DNA of 64,000 nucleotides. Origin: Clostridia bacterium (GTDB lineage: Bacteria; Bacillota; Clostridia; Oscillospirales; Acutalibacteraceae). The position numbers were made by a program, and so were the translations under genes. Positions 35,615 through 45,369 of the stretch are shown one piece after another. Every line of letters starts with the position of its first letter. Positions within the stretch are counted from its first letter, which is position 1. The stretch spans positions 6,915-70,914 of the forward strand of contig JAFWYB010000032.1 in NCBI GenBank assembly GCA_017517865.1, read 5' to 3'. The notes under the pieces are model-generated. The model saw nothing but the letters and a program-made list of their open reading frames with translations, had not been told where the DNA came from and did no database searches.

Positions 35615-37423
35615 ATGGATAAATATCAGGTTTTAAGTAAATATTTCGGTTACAGCACCTTCCGCGAGGGTCAGGAAAGACTGATAGATGCCTTGCTGAG
35701 CGGTAAGGACGTAATGGGTGTTATGCCTACGGGGGCGGGTAAAAGCGTGTGCTTTCAGGTGCCTGCGCTTATGATGAAGGGTATAACCGTTGTTGTTTCT
35801 CCGCTTATATCGCTTATGAAGGATCAGGTAAATGCACTGCAGCAGTGCGGAATAAACAGTGCCTATATCAACACCTCTCTTTCAAAGGAGGAGCGCCTGG
35901 ATATTATGAGAAAGGCCCTTGCGGGCTACTACAAAATAATATACGTTGCCCCTGAAAGGCTTTCTTCCGAAAAATTCTATTCTTTTTGCAGTAAGCTTGA
36001 TATTTCAATGGTATGCGTTGACGAGGCTCACTGTGTTTCTCAGTGGGGGCACGATTTCAGACCTGCATATCTTAATATAAAGGCTTTTATTGAAAGCCTG
36101 GAAAGAAGACCCGTTGTTTCCGCTTTTACGGCCACGGCCACACGCAGAGTAAGAGAGGATATTATTTCACTTATAGGTCTTTATGAGCCTGAAAGAGTTG
36201 TTACGGGCTTTGACAGAAAAAACCTTTATTTTGAGGTTATAAGGCCCGCCGATAAGGATATTGCATTAAAGCGTTATCTGGACCTTTTTTCCGGCAGAAG
36301 CGGTATTGTTTACTGCTCGTCAAGAAAGAGGGTAGAGGAGCTTTACAGTATGCTCAGCGAAGAAAAATACAGCGTTACAAAATACCATGCGGGTCTTGAC
36401 AAGAACGAGCGACAGCTTAACCAGGAGCTTTTTATAAAGGATGAAAAAGAGGTAGTTATAGCAACCAATGCTTTTGGTATGGGTATAGATAAATCGAATG
36501 TTTCCTTCGTTATACACTACAATATGCCGGGTGACATTGAAAGCTATTATCAGGAGGCGGGAAGAGCGGGCCGTGACGGCTCTGCTGCGGACTGTATTCT
36601 GCTTTACGGTGGCAGAGATGTTGCCATACAGAAATATTTTATCGAAAATCCCGAAGAAAACGAAAGCCTGACCGATGAGCAGAGAAATCAGGTCAGAAAG
36701 CTCAAGCTCGATAAGCTCGACAGAATGATTGAATACTCATCCGGTAAATACTGTCTGCGCCATTATATACTTCAATATTTCGGTGAGGCTGTAACGGGAA
36801 GGTGCGATAACTGCTCAAGCTGTAACGGCAGTGCCGAAAGCGTTGATGTTACAACTCAGGCACAGAAGATTTTTTCCTGCATAAAAAGAGTAAAAGAAAA
36901 GGAAACTGCCGAAACCGTTGCAGATATACTCAAGGGAATAGAAAGCGATTATATAGTCACCAAGGGACTTAACACGGTAAAAACCTTCGGAGCTATGAAC
37001 GACAGCGCAAGAAGTCAGATATTATTGCATATAGATTATTTCTATGATCACGGCTACATTGACCGCGATACCAAAGGCAGACTTCTTCTTGAAAAAAAGA
37101 GCGAGGCTGTGCTTTTTTCCGGCAAACGCATAAGAAGGCCCGTGCAGAAGACCGAAAGGAAGCAGAACAGGGCTTCTGTTGATATAAGGCTCTTTTCTGC
37201 ACTTAAGGTGTTACGTAAGGAGCTTGCAAAAAAGAGCAGCCTGCCCGATTTTATAATCTTTACCGACCTTACCCTGAGACAGATGGCAACCGTGAAGCCG
37301 GTCTCGGAAAAGGAATTTCTTCTCATAGAGGGCGTAACGGCGGAAAAATACAAGAAATACGGGCCGTTTTTTTTAAATATAATTAAAAAACATTCAGCTG
37401 ATAAGATTGAAAAAGCTGAATAA
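35615..37423 (+). CDS. recQ: ATP-dependent DNA helicase RecQ
   Basis: Motif I MPTGAGKS and DEAH box VDEAHCVSQWGHDFRP. Zn-binding Cys cluster CDNCSSC. C-terminal HRDC-like region. Confidence 0.93.
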   Translation: MDKYQVLSKYFGYSTFREGQERLIDALLSGKDVMGVMPTGAGKSVCFQVPALMMKGITVVVSPLISLMKDQVNALQQCGINSAYINTSLSKEERLDIMRKALAGYYKIIYVAPERLSSEKFYSFCSKLDISMVCVDEAHCVSQWGHDFRPAYLNIKAFIESLERRPVVSAFTATATRRVREDIISLIGLYEPERVVTGFDRKNLYFEVIRPADKDIALKRYLDLFSGRSGIVYCSSRKRVEELYSMLSEEKYSVTKYHAGLDKNERQLNQELFIKDEKEVVIATNAFGMGIDKSNVSFVIHYNMPGDIESYYQEAGRAGRDGSAADCILLYGGRDVAIQKYFIENPEENESLTDEQRNQVRKLKLDKLDRMIEYSSGKYCLRHYILQYFGEAVTGRCDNCSSCNGSAESVDVTTQAQKIFSCIKRVKEKETAETVADILKGIESDYIVTKGLNTVKTFGAMNDSARSQILLHIDYFYDHGYIDRDTKGRLLLEKKSEAVLFSGKRIRRPVQKTERKQNRASVDIRLFSALKVLRKELAKKSSLPDFIIFTDLTLRQMATVKPVSEKEFLLIEGVTAEKYKKYGPFFLNIIKKHSADKIEKAE

Positions 37424-37475
37424 TAATGATATACTATAAGAATAATATAATTTTTAACGAAAGGGGGAACACCGT

Positions 37476-39512
37476 ATGAGCAGAAAAAAGTGGATACTCA
37501 GAGAGGTTGACAAGGACCTCGCATCAGACATAGCAACAGAATACGGCATAGACCCCTTTGCGGCTCTGCTTCTTGTTTCAAGAGGTATAGTTGATGAATA
37601 TGAAATAGATGAGTTCTTTTCAGAAACACCCGTTTTGTGTGACCCCTTTGACATTGTTGATATGGATAAGGCCTGCGAAAGAATAAGCAGGGCTGTTAAA
37701 GACGGAGAGCTTATTGCTGTTTACGGTGATTATGATGCCGACGGTGTTACTGCCACTGCTCTTTTATGTTCTTTTTTACAGAGTCAGGGCGCGAGGGTAA
37801 TAAGCTATATTCCCGACAGAGGAAGCGAGGGCTACGGCCTTAATGTCGCTGCAGTTGAAAAGCTTAGTGCTCAGGGCGTTGATCTTATCGTAACGGTTGA
37901 TAACGGCGTTTCGGCTCATAAGGAAGCAGAGCTTATATACGAGCTTGGCATGGAGCTTGTTGTTACTGACCATCACAAGGTACCCGAGCAGCTTCCGAGA
38001 GCAGAGGCGGTTGTTGACCCTCACAGAAGTGATTGCTTTTCCGGCTTCAGAAACTGGGCGGGTGTGGGCGTTGCCTTCAAGCTTTGCTGTGCTCTTTGCG
38101 GTGACAGTGAAAACGTGATTTCTATGTATTCGGATCTTGTTGCCATAGGAACAATAGGCGACGTTGTTTCTCTTACGGGTGAAAACCGCACTCTTGTAAA
38201 GGAAGGCCTCAGGCTTATTGAAAGCGGCAACAATGAGGGTATTGAAAGACTGAAAGAGGTTGCAGGTTTAAGCGATAAGACTGTTACTGCCGGTTCTGTA
38301 GCCTTTTCCATAGTTCCTCGCATAAACGCCATAGGCAGAACGGGGCATGCCTCGTCTGCACTTGAGCTTCTGCTAAATGACGACACTGAAATTGCAAGAG
38401 AAAGAGCACAGACGGTAAACAGTGCCAACACCGAAAGGCAGTCACTTGAAAAGGCAATTTTCAATGAAGCACTGCTTCAGACTCAGAAAAATCCTGATAT
38501 CCTCAATAAAAGGGTACTGATTTTCTGTGGCAGAAACTGGCATCCGGGTGTTATAGGTATAGTTGCTGCAAGGCTTACACAGAAATACGGGAAGCCCTGC
38601 CTTGTAATTTCCGATGACGGAGAAAATGCAAAGGGCTCTGCAAGAAGCATTGAGGGCTTTTCTCTTTACGATGCAATCTCATACAGTGCGGAGCTTCTTA
38701 CCCATTTCGGCGGACATACTCTTGCAGCCGGCTTCAGCCTTATAAGTAAAAATATCCCGGCATTCTGCGAAGCTGTTCAGCAGTATGCAAAGAATATAGA
38801 GATGCCCTTCCCGACGGTTGATATTGACCTCAGACTGCGTCCCGATTTTATCAGCTCAGACCTGCTTGAGGTAATCGGCTGTCTTGAACCCTTCGGCGCA
38901 GGTAACCCTCAGCCGATGTTCGGCCTTTACGGCATGACTCTTACCGCTGTTCAGCCTATCGGCGGCGGAAAGCATATCCGTCTCGGCATCAGAAAGGGTG
39001 AATGTAATCTTACCGCAATTCTTTTTTCAACCACCGTTGCCGAGTTTGCATATGCAGTCGGAGATACGCTTGACCTTGCTGTAAGACTTGACAGAAATGA
39101 ATATATGGGTCAGGTCAGAGTCAGCATATATGTCAGAGAAATACGTATAAGCGGCACTGATGATGAAAAATATCTGAAAAGCGTACGCCTTTACGAAAAG
39201 ATAAAAAGAGGCGACAGAATAACAAAAAGACAGGCAGCTTTTGCTCTGCCCGAAAGAGACTTTTGTGTCAGTGTTTATCGCTTCATAAAAGATAAGGGCG
39301 GCTGGAGCTTTGACACCGATATTCTCTGCTATCGCCTTGGCGACGACGGCAGCAACGCCTGCAAGGTGCTTGTGTGTATAGATGCTCTTTGTGAGCTGGG
39401 TGTTTTAAAGCGGTCGGAGAGCAGCATATTGCTTGCGGATTCGGACAAAAAGGTTAATCTCGATTCCTCAGAGCTTCTAAAAAGGCTCAGAAGCATAGAG
39501 GATGTAATATAA
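37476..39512 (+). CDS. recJ: single-stranded-DNA-specific exonuclease RecJ
   Basis: DHH family motifs DYDADGV, TVDNG, VTDHH and DHHA1 GGHxxAAG (FGGHTLAAGFS). Confidence 0.93.
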   Translation: MSRKKWILREVDKDLASDIATEYGIDPFAALLLVSRGIVDEYEIDEFFSETPVLCDPFDIVDMDKACERISRAVKDGELIAVYGDYDADGVTATALLCSFLQSQGARVISYIPDRGSEGYGLNVAAVEKLSAQGVDLIVTVDNGVSAHKEAELIYELGMELVVTDHHKVPEQLPRAEAVVDPHRSDCFSGFRNWAGVGVAFKLCCALCGDSENVISMYSDLVAIGTIGDVVSLTGENRTLVKEGLRLIESGNNEGIERLKEVAGLSDKTVTAGSVAFSIVPRINAIGRTGHASSALELLLNDDTEIARERAQTVNSANTERQSLEKAIFNEALLQTQKNPDILNKRVLIFCGRNWHPGVIGIVAARLTQKYGKPCLVISDDGENAKGSARSIEGFSLYDAISYSAELLTHFGGHTLAAGFSLISKNIPAFCEAVQQYAKNIEMPFPTVDIDLRLRPDFISSDLLEVIGCLEPFGAGNPQPMFGLYGMTLTAVQPIGGGKHIRLGIRKGECNLTAILFSTTVAEFAYAVGDTLDLAVRLDRNEYMGQVRVSIYVREIRISGTDDEKYLKSVRLYEKIKRGDRITKRQAAFALPERDFCVSVYRFIKDKGGWSFDTDILCYRLGDDGSNACKVLVCIDALCELGVLKRSESSILLADSDKKVNLDSSELLKRLRSIEDVI

Positions 39513-39530
39513 GTGAAAGGGGAGAATGAT

Positions 39531-41726
39531 ATGTCAGTAAATTGTGATGTCGGCTTTGAAGAATTGCTCTCTTCGCTCAAAGAAAATTTTTCAGTTGCGG
39601 AGATTGAAAAAATCAAAAAGGCTTTCTGTATTGCTTTTGATGCTCATAAGGAACAGAAGCGACGCTCCGGTGAGCCCTATATAATTCATCCCGTTTCAGT
39701 TGCGAAAATACTCAATGATATGGGTATGGATGCGGATTCAATCTGCGCCGCTCTGCTTCACGATGTTGTTGAAGATACGGAAATGACGGGTGAAGAGATT
39801 AAACAGATGTTTGGCGCGGACGTTGAACATCTTGTTGACGGTGTAACAAAGCTCGGTCAGATTCCTCTTTCGGCAAGCAAGGAAGAGGAGCAGAGTGAAA
39901 ATGTCAGAAAAATGTTTCTTGCGATGTCAAGAGACATCAGGGTTATCATTATAAAGCTCGCAGACCGTGTTCACAATATGCGTACCCTTCAGTTTATGCC
40001 TGAGGAAAAGCGCAGATACAAGGCAAGAGAAACCCTTGAAATATACGCACCCATAGCACACAGACTCGGTATCAGAGCCTTCAAGGAGGAGCTTGAGGAC
40101 CTTGCAATATGCTATCTGGATCCCGTTGCATATAACGAAATAGCAAACAATCTTGAAAAGCAGATAGAATCCCGTCAGACCTTTCTAGATTCAATCAAGG
40201 GAGAAATCCTTGAAAGGGTAAAGCAAGAGGTACCAAACGTTCACATTGAGGGAAGAATCAAGTCGGTACACGGCATTTACAGAAAGACCTATATGAAGGG
40301 TAAAAACTTTGATGAGATTTATGATATTTACGCCGTGCGACTTATAGTTGACTCGGTTTACGAATGCTATTGCTGTCTGGGCGTTATTCATGATATGTAT
40401 AACCCGCTTCCGGGTCGCTTCAAGGACTATATTTCAACTCCTAAGCCTAATATGTATCAGTCACTTCACACTACCGTAATCGGCCGTGCGGGTGTACCCT
40501 TTGAGGTGCAGATACGCACCTGGGATATGCACCATACCGCTGAATATGGTATCGCTGCCCACTGGAAATATAAGCTGGGTATGAGCGGTAAGGCAAAGTT
40601 TGAGGAAAGACTTTCATGGATAAGACAGTTGCTTGAAAACCAGAAGGAAAGCGACGATGTTGAGGATATCGTAAAGACTATCAAAACCGATTTTATTCCG
40701 GAAGAGGTCTTTGCCTTTACGCCTAAGGGTGACGTTGTCAGCCTGCCGATGGGCTCGTGTATTATCGACTTTGCTTATGCAATCCACTCGGGCGTAGGTA
40801 ACAAGATGATCGGTGCCAAGGTTGACGGTAGAATTACAACGCTTGACCATAAGGTCAACAACGGAGAAATTATCGAAATTCTTACAACCTCGTCTCAGGG
40901 CAAGGGCCCCAGCCGTGACTGGCTCAAAATTGCCCGTACCTCCTCGGCGAGGACAAAAATCAAAAACTGGTTCAAGAAGGAAAAAAGAGAAGAAAACATA
41001 ATCGAGGGTAAGGCAGAAATTGACAGGGAGTTCAAGCGCAATAACATCTCACTTTCTGAAAAGCAGATTCCCGAGTTTATATCAAAGTTTATAGAAAAAT
41101 ACCACTGCAACACCGTTGATGATTTCTATGCGGCAATCGGCTACGGCGGTGTAAACCTGCAGAATATCATTCCCAGAATGAAAGAAGAATACGCCAGGCT
41201 TATGAAGGAGCTTCAGCCGCAGGAGCCTCAGCAGGTTGTATCTCAGACACCTAAAAAGACCGTACGCAGTGCAGAGGGTATTATCATTGAGGGTATTGAT
41301 AACTGCCTTGTCAAGTTTTCACGTTGCTGTGACCCTCTTCCGGGCGATGAGGTTATAGGCTTTATTACAAGAGGTCACGGTGTGTCTATTCACACTAAAA
41401 AGTGCACCAATGTTCCTAAAGATATGTCAAAGTGTGCCGAGCCTGAAAGATGGATAAAGGCATACTGGGATACCAAGGCACAGAATTCCTACAGAGTAAC
41501 AATAGCTGTTACCTGTATAGACCGTATGGGTATGCTTGCTGATCTTTCTGCGGTTATTGCAAATATGCACGTAATGATTCACTCTATTTTCACAAAGGAC
41601 GGAAACGACGGCAGATCAACTATTTATATGACTATTACGGTTAACGGAACAGAGCATATGAACAGTGTCTGCGAAAAGATCAAAAAGGTCAAGGGTGTTC
41701 TTTCTACTGAGCGCTCGGGCCTTTAA
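39531..41726 (+). CDS. relA: bifunctional (p)ppGpp synthetase/hydrolase (RelA/SpoT homolog)
   Basis: ATG 39531 behind an AAGGGGAG RBS. HD hydrolase motif HDVVEDT. Synthetase region with YQSLHTTV. TGS and ACT C-terminal domains. Confidence 0.95.
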   Translation: MSVNCDVGFEELLSSLKENFSVAEIEKIKKAFCIAFDAHKEQKRRSGEPYIIHPVSVAKILNDMGMDADSICAALLHDVVEDTEMTGEEIKQMFGADVEHLVDGVTKLGQIPLSASKEEEQSENVRKMFLAMSRDIRVIIIKLADRVHNMRTLQFMPEEKRRYKARETLEIYAPIAHRLGIRAFKEELEDLAICYLDPVAYNEIANNLEKQIESRQTFLDSIKGEILERVKQEVPNVHIEGRIKSVHGIYRKTYMKGKNFDEIYDIYAVRLIVDSVYECYCCLGVIHDMYNPLPGRFKDYISTPKPNMYQSLHTTVIGRAGVPFEVQIRTWDMHHTAEYGIAAHWKYKLGMSGKAKFEERLSWIRQLLENQKESDDVEDIVKTIKTDFIPEEVFAFTPKGDVVSLPMGSCIIDFAYAIHSGVGNKMIGAKVDGRITTLDHKVNNGEIIEILTTSSQGKGPSRDWLKIARTSSARTKIKNWFKKEKREENIIEGKAEIDREFKRNNISLSEKQIPEFISKFIEKYHCNTVDDFYAAIGYGGVNLQNIIPRMKEEYARLMKELQPQEPQQVVSQTPKKTVRSAEGIIIEGIDNCLVKFSRCCDPLPGDEVIGFITRGHGVSIHTKKCTNVPKDMSKCAEPERWIKAYWDTKAQNSYRVTIAVTCIDRMGMLADLSAVIANMHVMIHSIFTKDGNDGRSTIYMTITVNGTEHMNSVCEKIKKVKGVLSTERSGL

Positions 41727-41825
41727 CAGAATGCAGAATTGCACTGCACATTGAATAAAACCCGTAGGGGAGGGTCTCCGCAACCCTCCCGCTATTGTTG
41801 AAATATCCCTGAAAGGAAAATGAAA

Positions 41826-42284
41826 ATGAAAGCAGTAATTCAAAGAGTATCAAAAGCATCGGTTACCGTTGACGGTGAAATAACAGGCGAAATCGGCAAG
41901 GGCTTTCTTGTCCTTTTAGGCGTTGTTGATGGCGACGGCGAAGCAGAAATGAAGCTTCTTGCAAAAAAAATTGCCGAAATTCGCATTTTTACCGATGAAA
42001 ACGATAAAATGAATCTTTCGCTTGATAAGATTGACGGCGAGGTGCTTGTTGTTTCACAGTTTACTCTGTGCGCAGATATTTCTCACGGCAGAAGGCCATC
42101 TTTTATAGGCTCTGCACCTCCCAAGGTGGCAAATGAGCTTTACGAAGGCTTCTGTGAGGAATTAAGGGCATTAGGTGTGAAAAAGGTTGCTACGGGCGTT
42201 TTCGGCGCAGATATGGCTGTTGAGCTTCTCAACGACGGCCCCGTAACGATTATTATGGATACTGACATTTGGAAGAAACAATAA
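41826..42284 (+). CDS. dtd: D-aminoacyl-tRNA deacylase
   Basis: MKAVIQRV start (alternative ATG at 41820). SQFTL motif. About 150 aa. Confidence 0.92.
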   Translation: MKAVIQRVSKASVTVDGEITGEIGKGFLVLLGVVDGDGEAEMKLLAKKIAEIRIFTDENDKMNLSLDKIDGEVLVVSQFTLCADISHGRRPSFIGSAPPKVANELYEGFCEELRALGVKKVATGVFGADMAVELLNDGPVTIIMDTDIWKKQ

Positions 42285-42333
42285 TAATGCACGAGTCGCG
42301 ATTAGCAGTTCCGAAATTACGGGGAGGTATTTT

Positions 42334-42966
42334 ATGCCACTGACAGTCAAAGCCTTCAATCCGCCGGTTGTGGCCTCAAACAGCTATATTATAAAAGATG
42401 CCGTAAGCGGCGAGGCGGCAGTTATAGATGCAGGAATATATAATGCCCGATTTGAAGAAATACTCAAATCAATGAAAATAGAAAAGCTCAAATATATTCT
42501 TCTCACTCACGGTCATTTTGATCACATAATGGGTGTTAAAAGGCTGCAGAAGAATTTCGGCGGAGAGATAGTTATTCACGAAGCTGATGCGGACTGTCTG
42601 AGTGACAGCAAAAGGAGTCTCGCCTCAGCCCTTAGCTTTGCCTGTCCGCCCTTTGAGTGTGACAAAGCCGTCAAAGACGGAGACGTGCTTTTGCTTGGTG
42701 ATGAAGAGCTTGAGGTAATACACACACCGGGTCATACGGTTGGCAGTGTTACCTATAAAGCGGGCAAATACCTTTTCACCGGTGATACTCTTTTTCACGT
42801 GTCTGTCGGCAGAACGGATTTTCCCGGCGGAAGCACGGAGGATATACTTTCGTCAATAAAAAAGCTTTATTCTCTTGAGGGTGACTACAGAGTGTGCCCG
42901 GGTCACGGCGGTGAATCAACGCTCAGCTTTGAGAAAAACAATAATCCTTATACAAGAGGACTGTAA
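42334..42966 (+). CDS. MBL-fold metallo-hydrolase
   Basis: HxHxDH motif THGHFDH, later HTPGHT. Confidence 0.85.
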   Translation: MPLTVKAFNPPVVASNSYIIKDAVSGEAAVIDAGIYNARFEEILKSMKIEKLKYILLTHGHFDHIMGVKRLQKNFGGEIVIHEADADCLSDSKRSLASALSFACPPFECDKAVKDGDVLLLGDEELEVIHTPGHTVGSVTYKAGKYLFTGDTLFHVSVGRTDFPGGSTEDILSSIKKLYSLEGDYRVCPGHGGESTLSFEKNNNPYTRGL

Positions 42967-42967
42967 T

Positions 42968-44428
42968 ATGTACCTTATAAATAAAAACCACAGCTTTCAA
43001 TATGAAACGGAAAACCTTTTAAGGCTGTTTTTTCCTGAAAAAATAACGGTAAGCGATACACTTCCGGAAAAAGGGGACTATTGCCTTACCGAGCTCGAGG
43101 GCAGCACTGTTTCGGTCAGAATAAGGCTTCTCGGAAGTGAATATACCGACAGAAAGGTCTTCGACCTTTCGGAAAAGCTCTCTGACGACACAGAGGAGTC
43201 TTATCTTGAAAGAAAAATGGCACTTATGATGTTTTCGCTGCTTTCGGAAATAACAGAATACACACCGCCCTGGGGAATACTTACGGGCGTGAGACCGGCT
43301 AAGCTTATGAGCAACCTTTCCGCAGTTCACGGTGAAGCGTGGGCGAGAGAATATTTTACGAATGAGCTTAGGGTAAGCGCGGATAAAACCGACCTTGCCG
43401 TAAGCGTTGCAAAAAAAGAAGCCCCCATAATAAAGGCATCTGCGCCCGATTCATACTCGCTCTACGTTTCAATACCGTTCTGCCCCACAAGGTGCAGCTA
43501 TTGCTCTTTTATTTCACATTCAAATGAAAGCGCGAAAAAGCTTATACCCGAATATGTAGAAAAGCTCTGCGAGGAGCTTGCTGTAACAGGCTCAATTGCA
43601 AAGGAGCTTGAGCTTAAGCTCGAAAGTATATATATCGGCGGCGGCACTCCCTCGGTTCTTACCGCTGAGCAGCTGAAAAGGGTAACCGATGCAATAAACA
43701 GTAATTTTGACGTGCCTTCCGCAAGAGAATATACTATAGAAGCGGGCAGACCCGACAGTACAACCGAAGAAAAGCTCAGGGTTATGAAAAACTGCGGCTG
43801 CACAAGGATAAGTATAAATCCACAGACCTTCAACGACAGTGTGCTTAAGGAAATCGGCAGAAACCATTCCTCGCAGATGACGCTTGACTGCTTTGCGGAT
43901 GCCAGAAGGGTCGGGTTCGGCAATATAAATACGGACCTTATTGCAGGTCTGCCCACAGATACCCTTGACTCTTACGAAAAGACCCTCAGCAAAGCTATTG
44001 AGCTTTCACCTGAGAATATTACGGTACACACTCTCGCGCTTAAGCGCTCGTCAAACATTGTTACCGAGAGCAGAAGAACAAATTCGGGAATAGTCGCTTC
44101 AGAAATGCTCTCTGTTACCCAGAAGAAGCTTACACAGGCCGGTTATGTGCCTTATTATATGTACCGTCAGAGTAAGTGCTTGGGTAACCTTGAAAACGTC
44201 GGCTGGACCAAAGCGGGCTATGAATGCCTTTACAATGTGTATATGATGGAGGAGTGCCATACGGTGCTTGCAGTGGGTGCAGGTGCGGTAATTAAGCTCA
44301 AAGCTCCCGAATCAAAGGAAATTGAAAGAATATTTAACTATAAATACCCGTATGAATACATAAGCGGCTTTGATGAAATAATAAGGCGCAAAGATTATAT
44401 CGGTGAATTCTACCGTAAATACAGGTGA
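42968..44428 (+). CDS. hemZ: radical SAM coproporphyrinogen dehydrogenase HemZ-like protein
   Basis: ATG 42968 directly after the MBL stop; the upstream extension to 42875 overlaps the MBL gene. Radical SAM CPTRCSYCSF. HemN/HemZ-like body. Confidence 0.8.
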   Translation: MYLINKNHSFQYETENLLRLFFPEKITVSDTLPEKGDYCLTELEGSTVSVRIRLLGSEYTDRKVFDLSEKLSDDTEESYLERKMALMMFSLLSEITEYTPPWGILTGVRPAKLMSNLSAVHGEAWAREYFTNELRVSADKTDLAVSVAKKEAPIIKASAPDSYSLYVSIPFCPTRCSYCSFISHSNESAKKLIPEYVEKLCEELAVTGSIAKELELKLESIYIGGGTPSVLTAEQLKRVTDAINSNFDVPSAREYTIEAGRPDSTTEEKLRVMKNCGCTRISINPQTFNDSVLKEIGRNHSSQMTLDCFADARRVGFGNINTDLIAGLPTDTLDSYEKTLSKAIELSPENITVHTLALKRSSNIVTESRRTNSGIVASEMLSVTQKKLTQAGYVPYYMYRQSKCLGNLENVGWTKAGYECLYNVYMMEECHTVLAVGAGAVIKLKAPESKEIERIFNYKYPYEYISGFDEIIRRKDYIGEFYRKYR

Positions 44429-44432
44429 TTAT

Positions 44433-45341
44433 ATGTTGTTTTATCTTGATGAAATAAACCGTGAAATGTCTTCTTCAGCCGAAGCGTATATTGCAAGCTG
44501 CGAGGAAGAGTTCAGAAACAAAATAAACGCTCTTTGCGACGGAATATCGGCACGTAAGGGCAGGGTGCTTGTTATGCTTGCCGGCCCCAGCTCTTCGGGT
44601 AAGACCACTACGGCGAAGCTTCTTGCCGACGGTATAAGAAAGCACGGAAGAGGCGCAACGGTTATTTCGCTCGACGATTTTTATCTCGGCAAAGAGGTCA
44701 GCTTCACCTTTGAGGACGGAACCGTTGACTATGAAACCGTAAAGGCGCTTGACCTTGAATGTATAAATAAATCCATGCACGCTCTTCTTGATAAGGGTGA
44801 GGGTATGATACCGCGCTTCAACTTTAAAACAGGCAGCAGAGACGGCTTTGTCAGCGTTAAGGCTGAAGACGACGAGGTTATTATTCTTGAAGGACTTCAC
44901 GCACTTAACCCCCTTATAACCGAGCCTCTTGCCGATGAAGCAATGGTAAGGCTTTATATAAGCGTTTCTTCAAGAATTGCTGATGAAAGCGGAATTCTTA
45001 TGTCAAAGCGTGATTTAAGATTTATCCGCCGTCTTATCAGGGATTTTCATCACAGAAACAGTGTTGCCGAAAGAACCTTTTATCTTTGGCGCGGTGTACG
45101 TATGGGCGAGGACAGGTATCTTTTCCCTTACAGTGACAGAGCTGATGTGAAAATTGACTCAATTCACCCGTATGAGGTGTGTGTTTTCGGTAAAGAGGCT
45201 ATAAAGCTACTTGACTCGGTAGGGCCCGATAGTATATACTACAACGAGGCGTGTCTTTTAAAGGAAAAGGCCGAAAGATTTATTCAGAAAGAAAGAAGTC
45301 TTGTACCGGACACCTCACTGCTCAACGAATTTTTAGAGTGA
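44433..45341 (+). CDS. uridine kinase/phosphoribulokinase-family nucleoside kinase
   Basis: ATG 44433 just after the hemZ stop. P-loop GPSSSGKTT. Confidence 0.7.
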   Translation: MLFYLDEINREMSSSAEAYIASCEEEFRNKINALCDGISARKGRVLVMLAGPSSSGKTTTAKLLADGIRKHGRGATVISLDDFYLGKEVSFTFEDGTVDYETVKALDLECINKSMHALLDKGEGMIPRFNFKTGSRDGFVSVKAEDDEVIILEGLHALNPLITEPLADEAMVRLYISVSSRIADESGILMSKRDLRFIRRLIRDFHHRNSVAERTFYLWRGVRMGEDRYLFPYSDRADVKIDSIHPYEVCVFGKEAIKLLDSVGPDSIYYNEACLLKEKAERFIQKERSLVPDTSLLNEFLE

Positions 45342-45369
45342 TCCAATTCATATAAAAGGAGATGAAATT

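Noticed and set aside
41768-41790. GC-rich hairpin GGGAGGGT/ACCCTCCC after relA, considered as a terminator.
   Set aside because: No U-run follows it, and dtd starts about 35 nt downstream. It is more likely a stabilising stem or a weak pause than a real terminator.
42875-42967. N-terminal extension of the hemZ ORF, which would overlap the MBL hydrolase gene by 92 nt.
   Set aside because: The HemZ-type N-terminus (MYLINKNHSFQYE) starts at ATG 42968, right after the MBL stop. The extension has no RBS and reads through another gene's 3' end.
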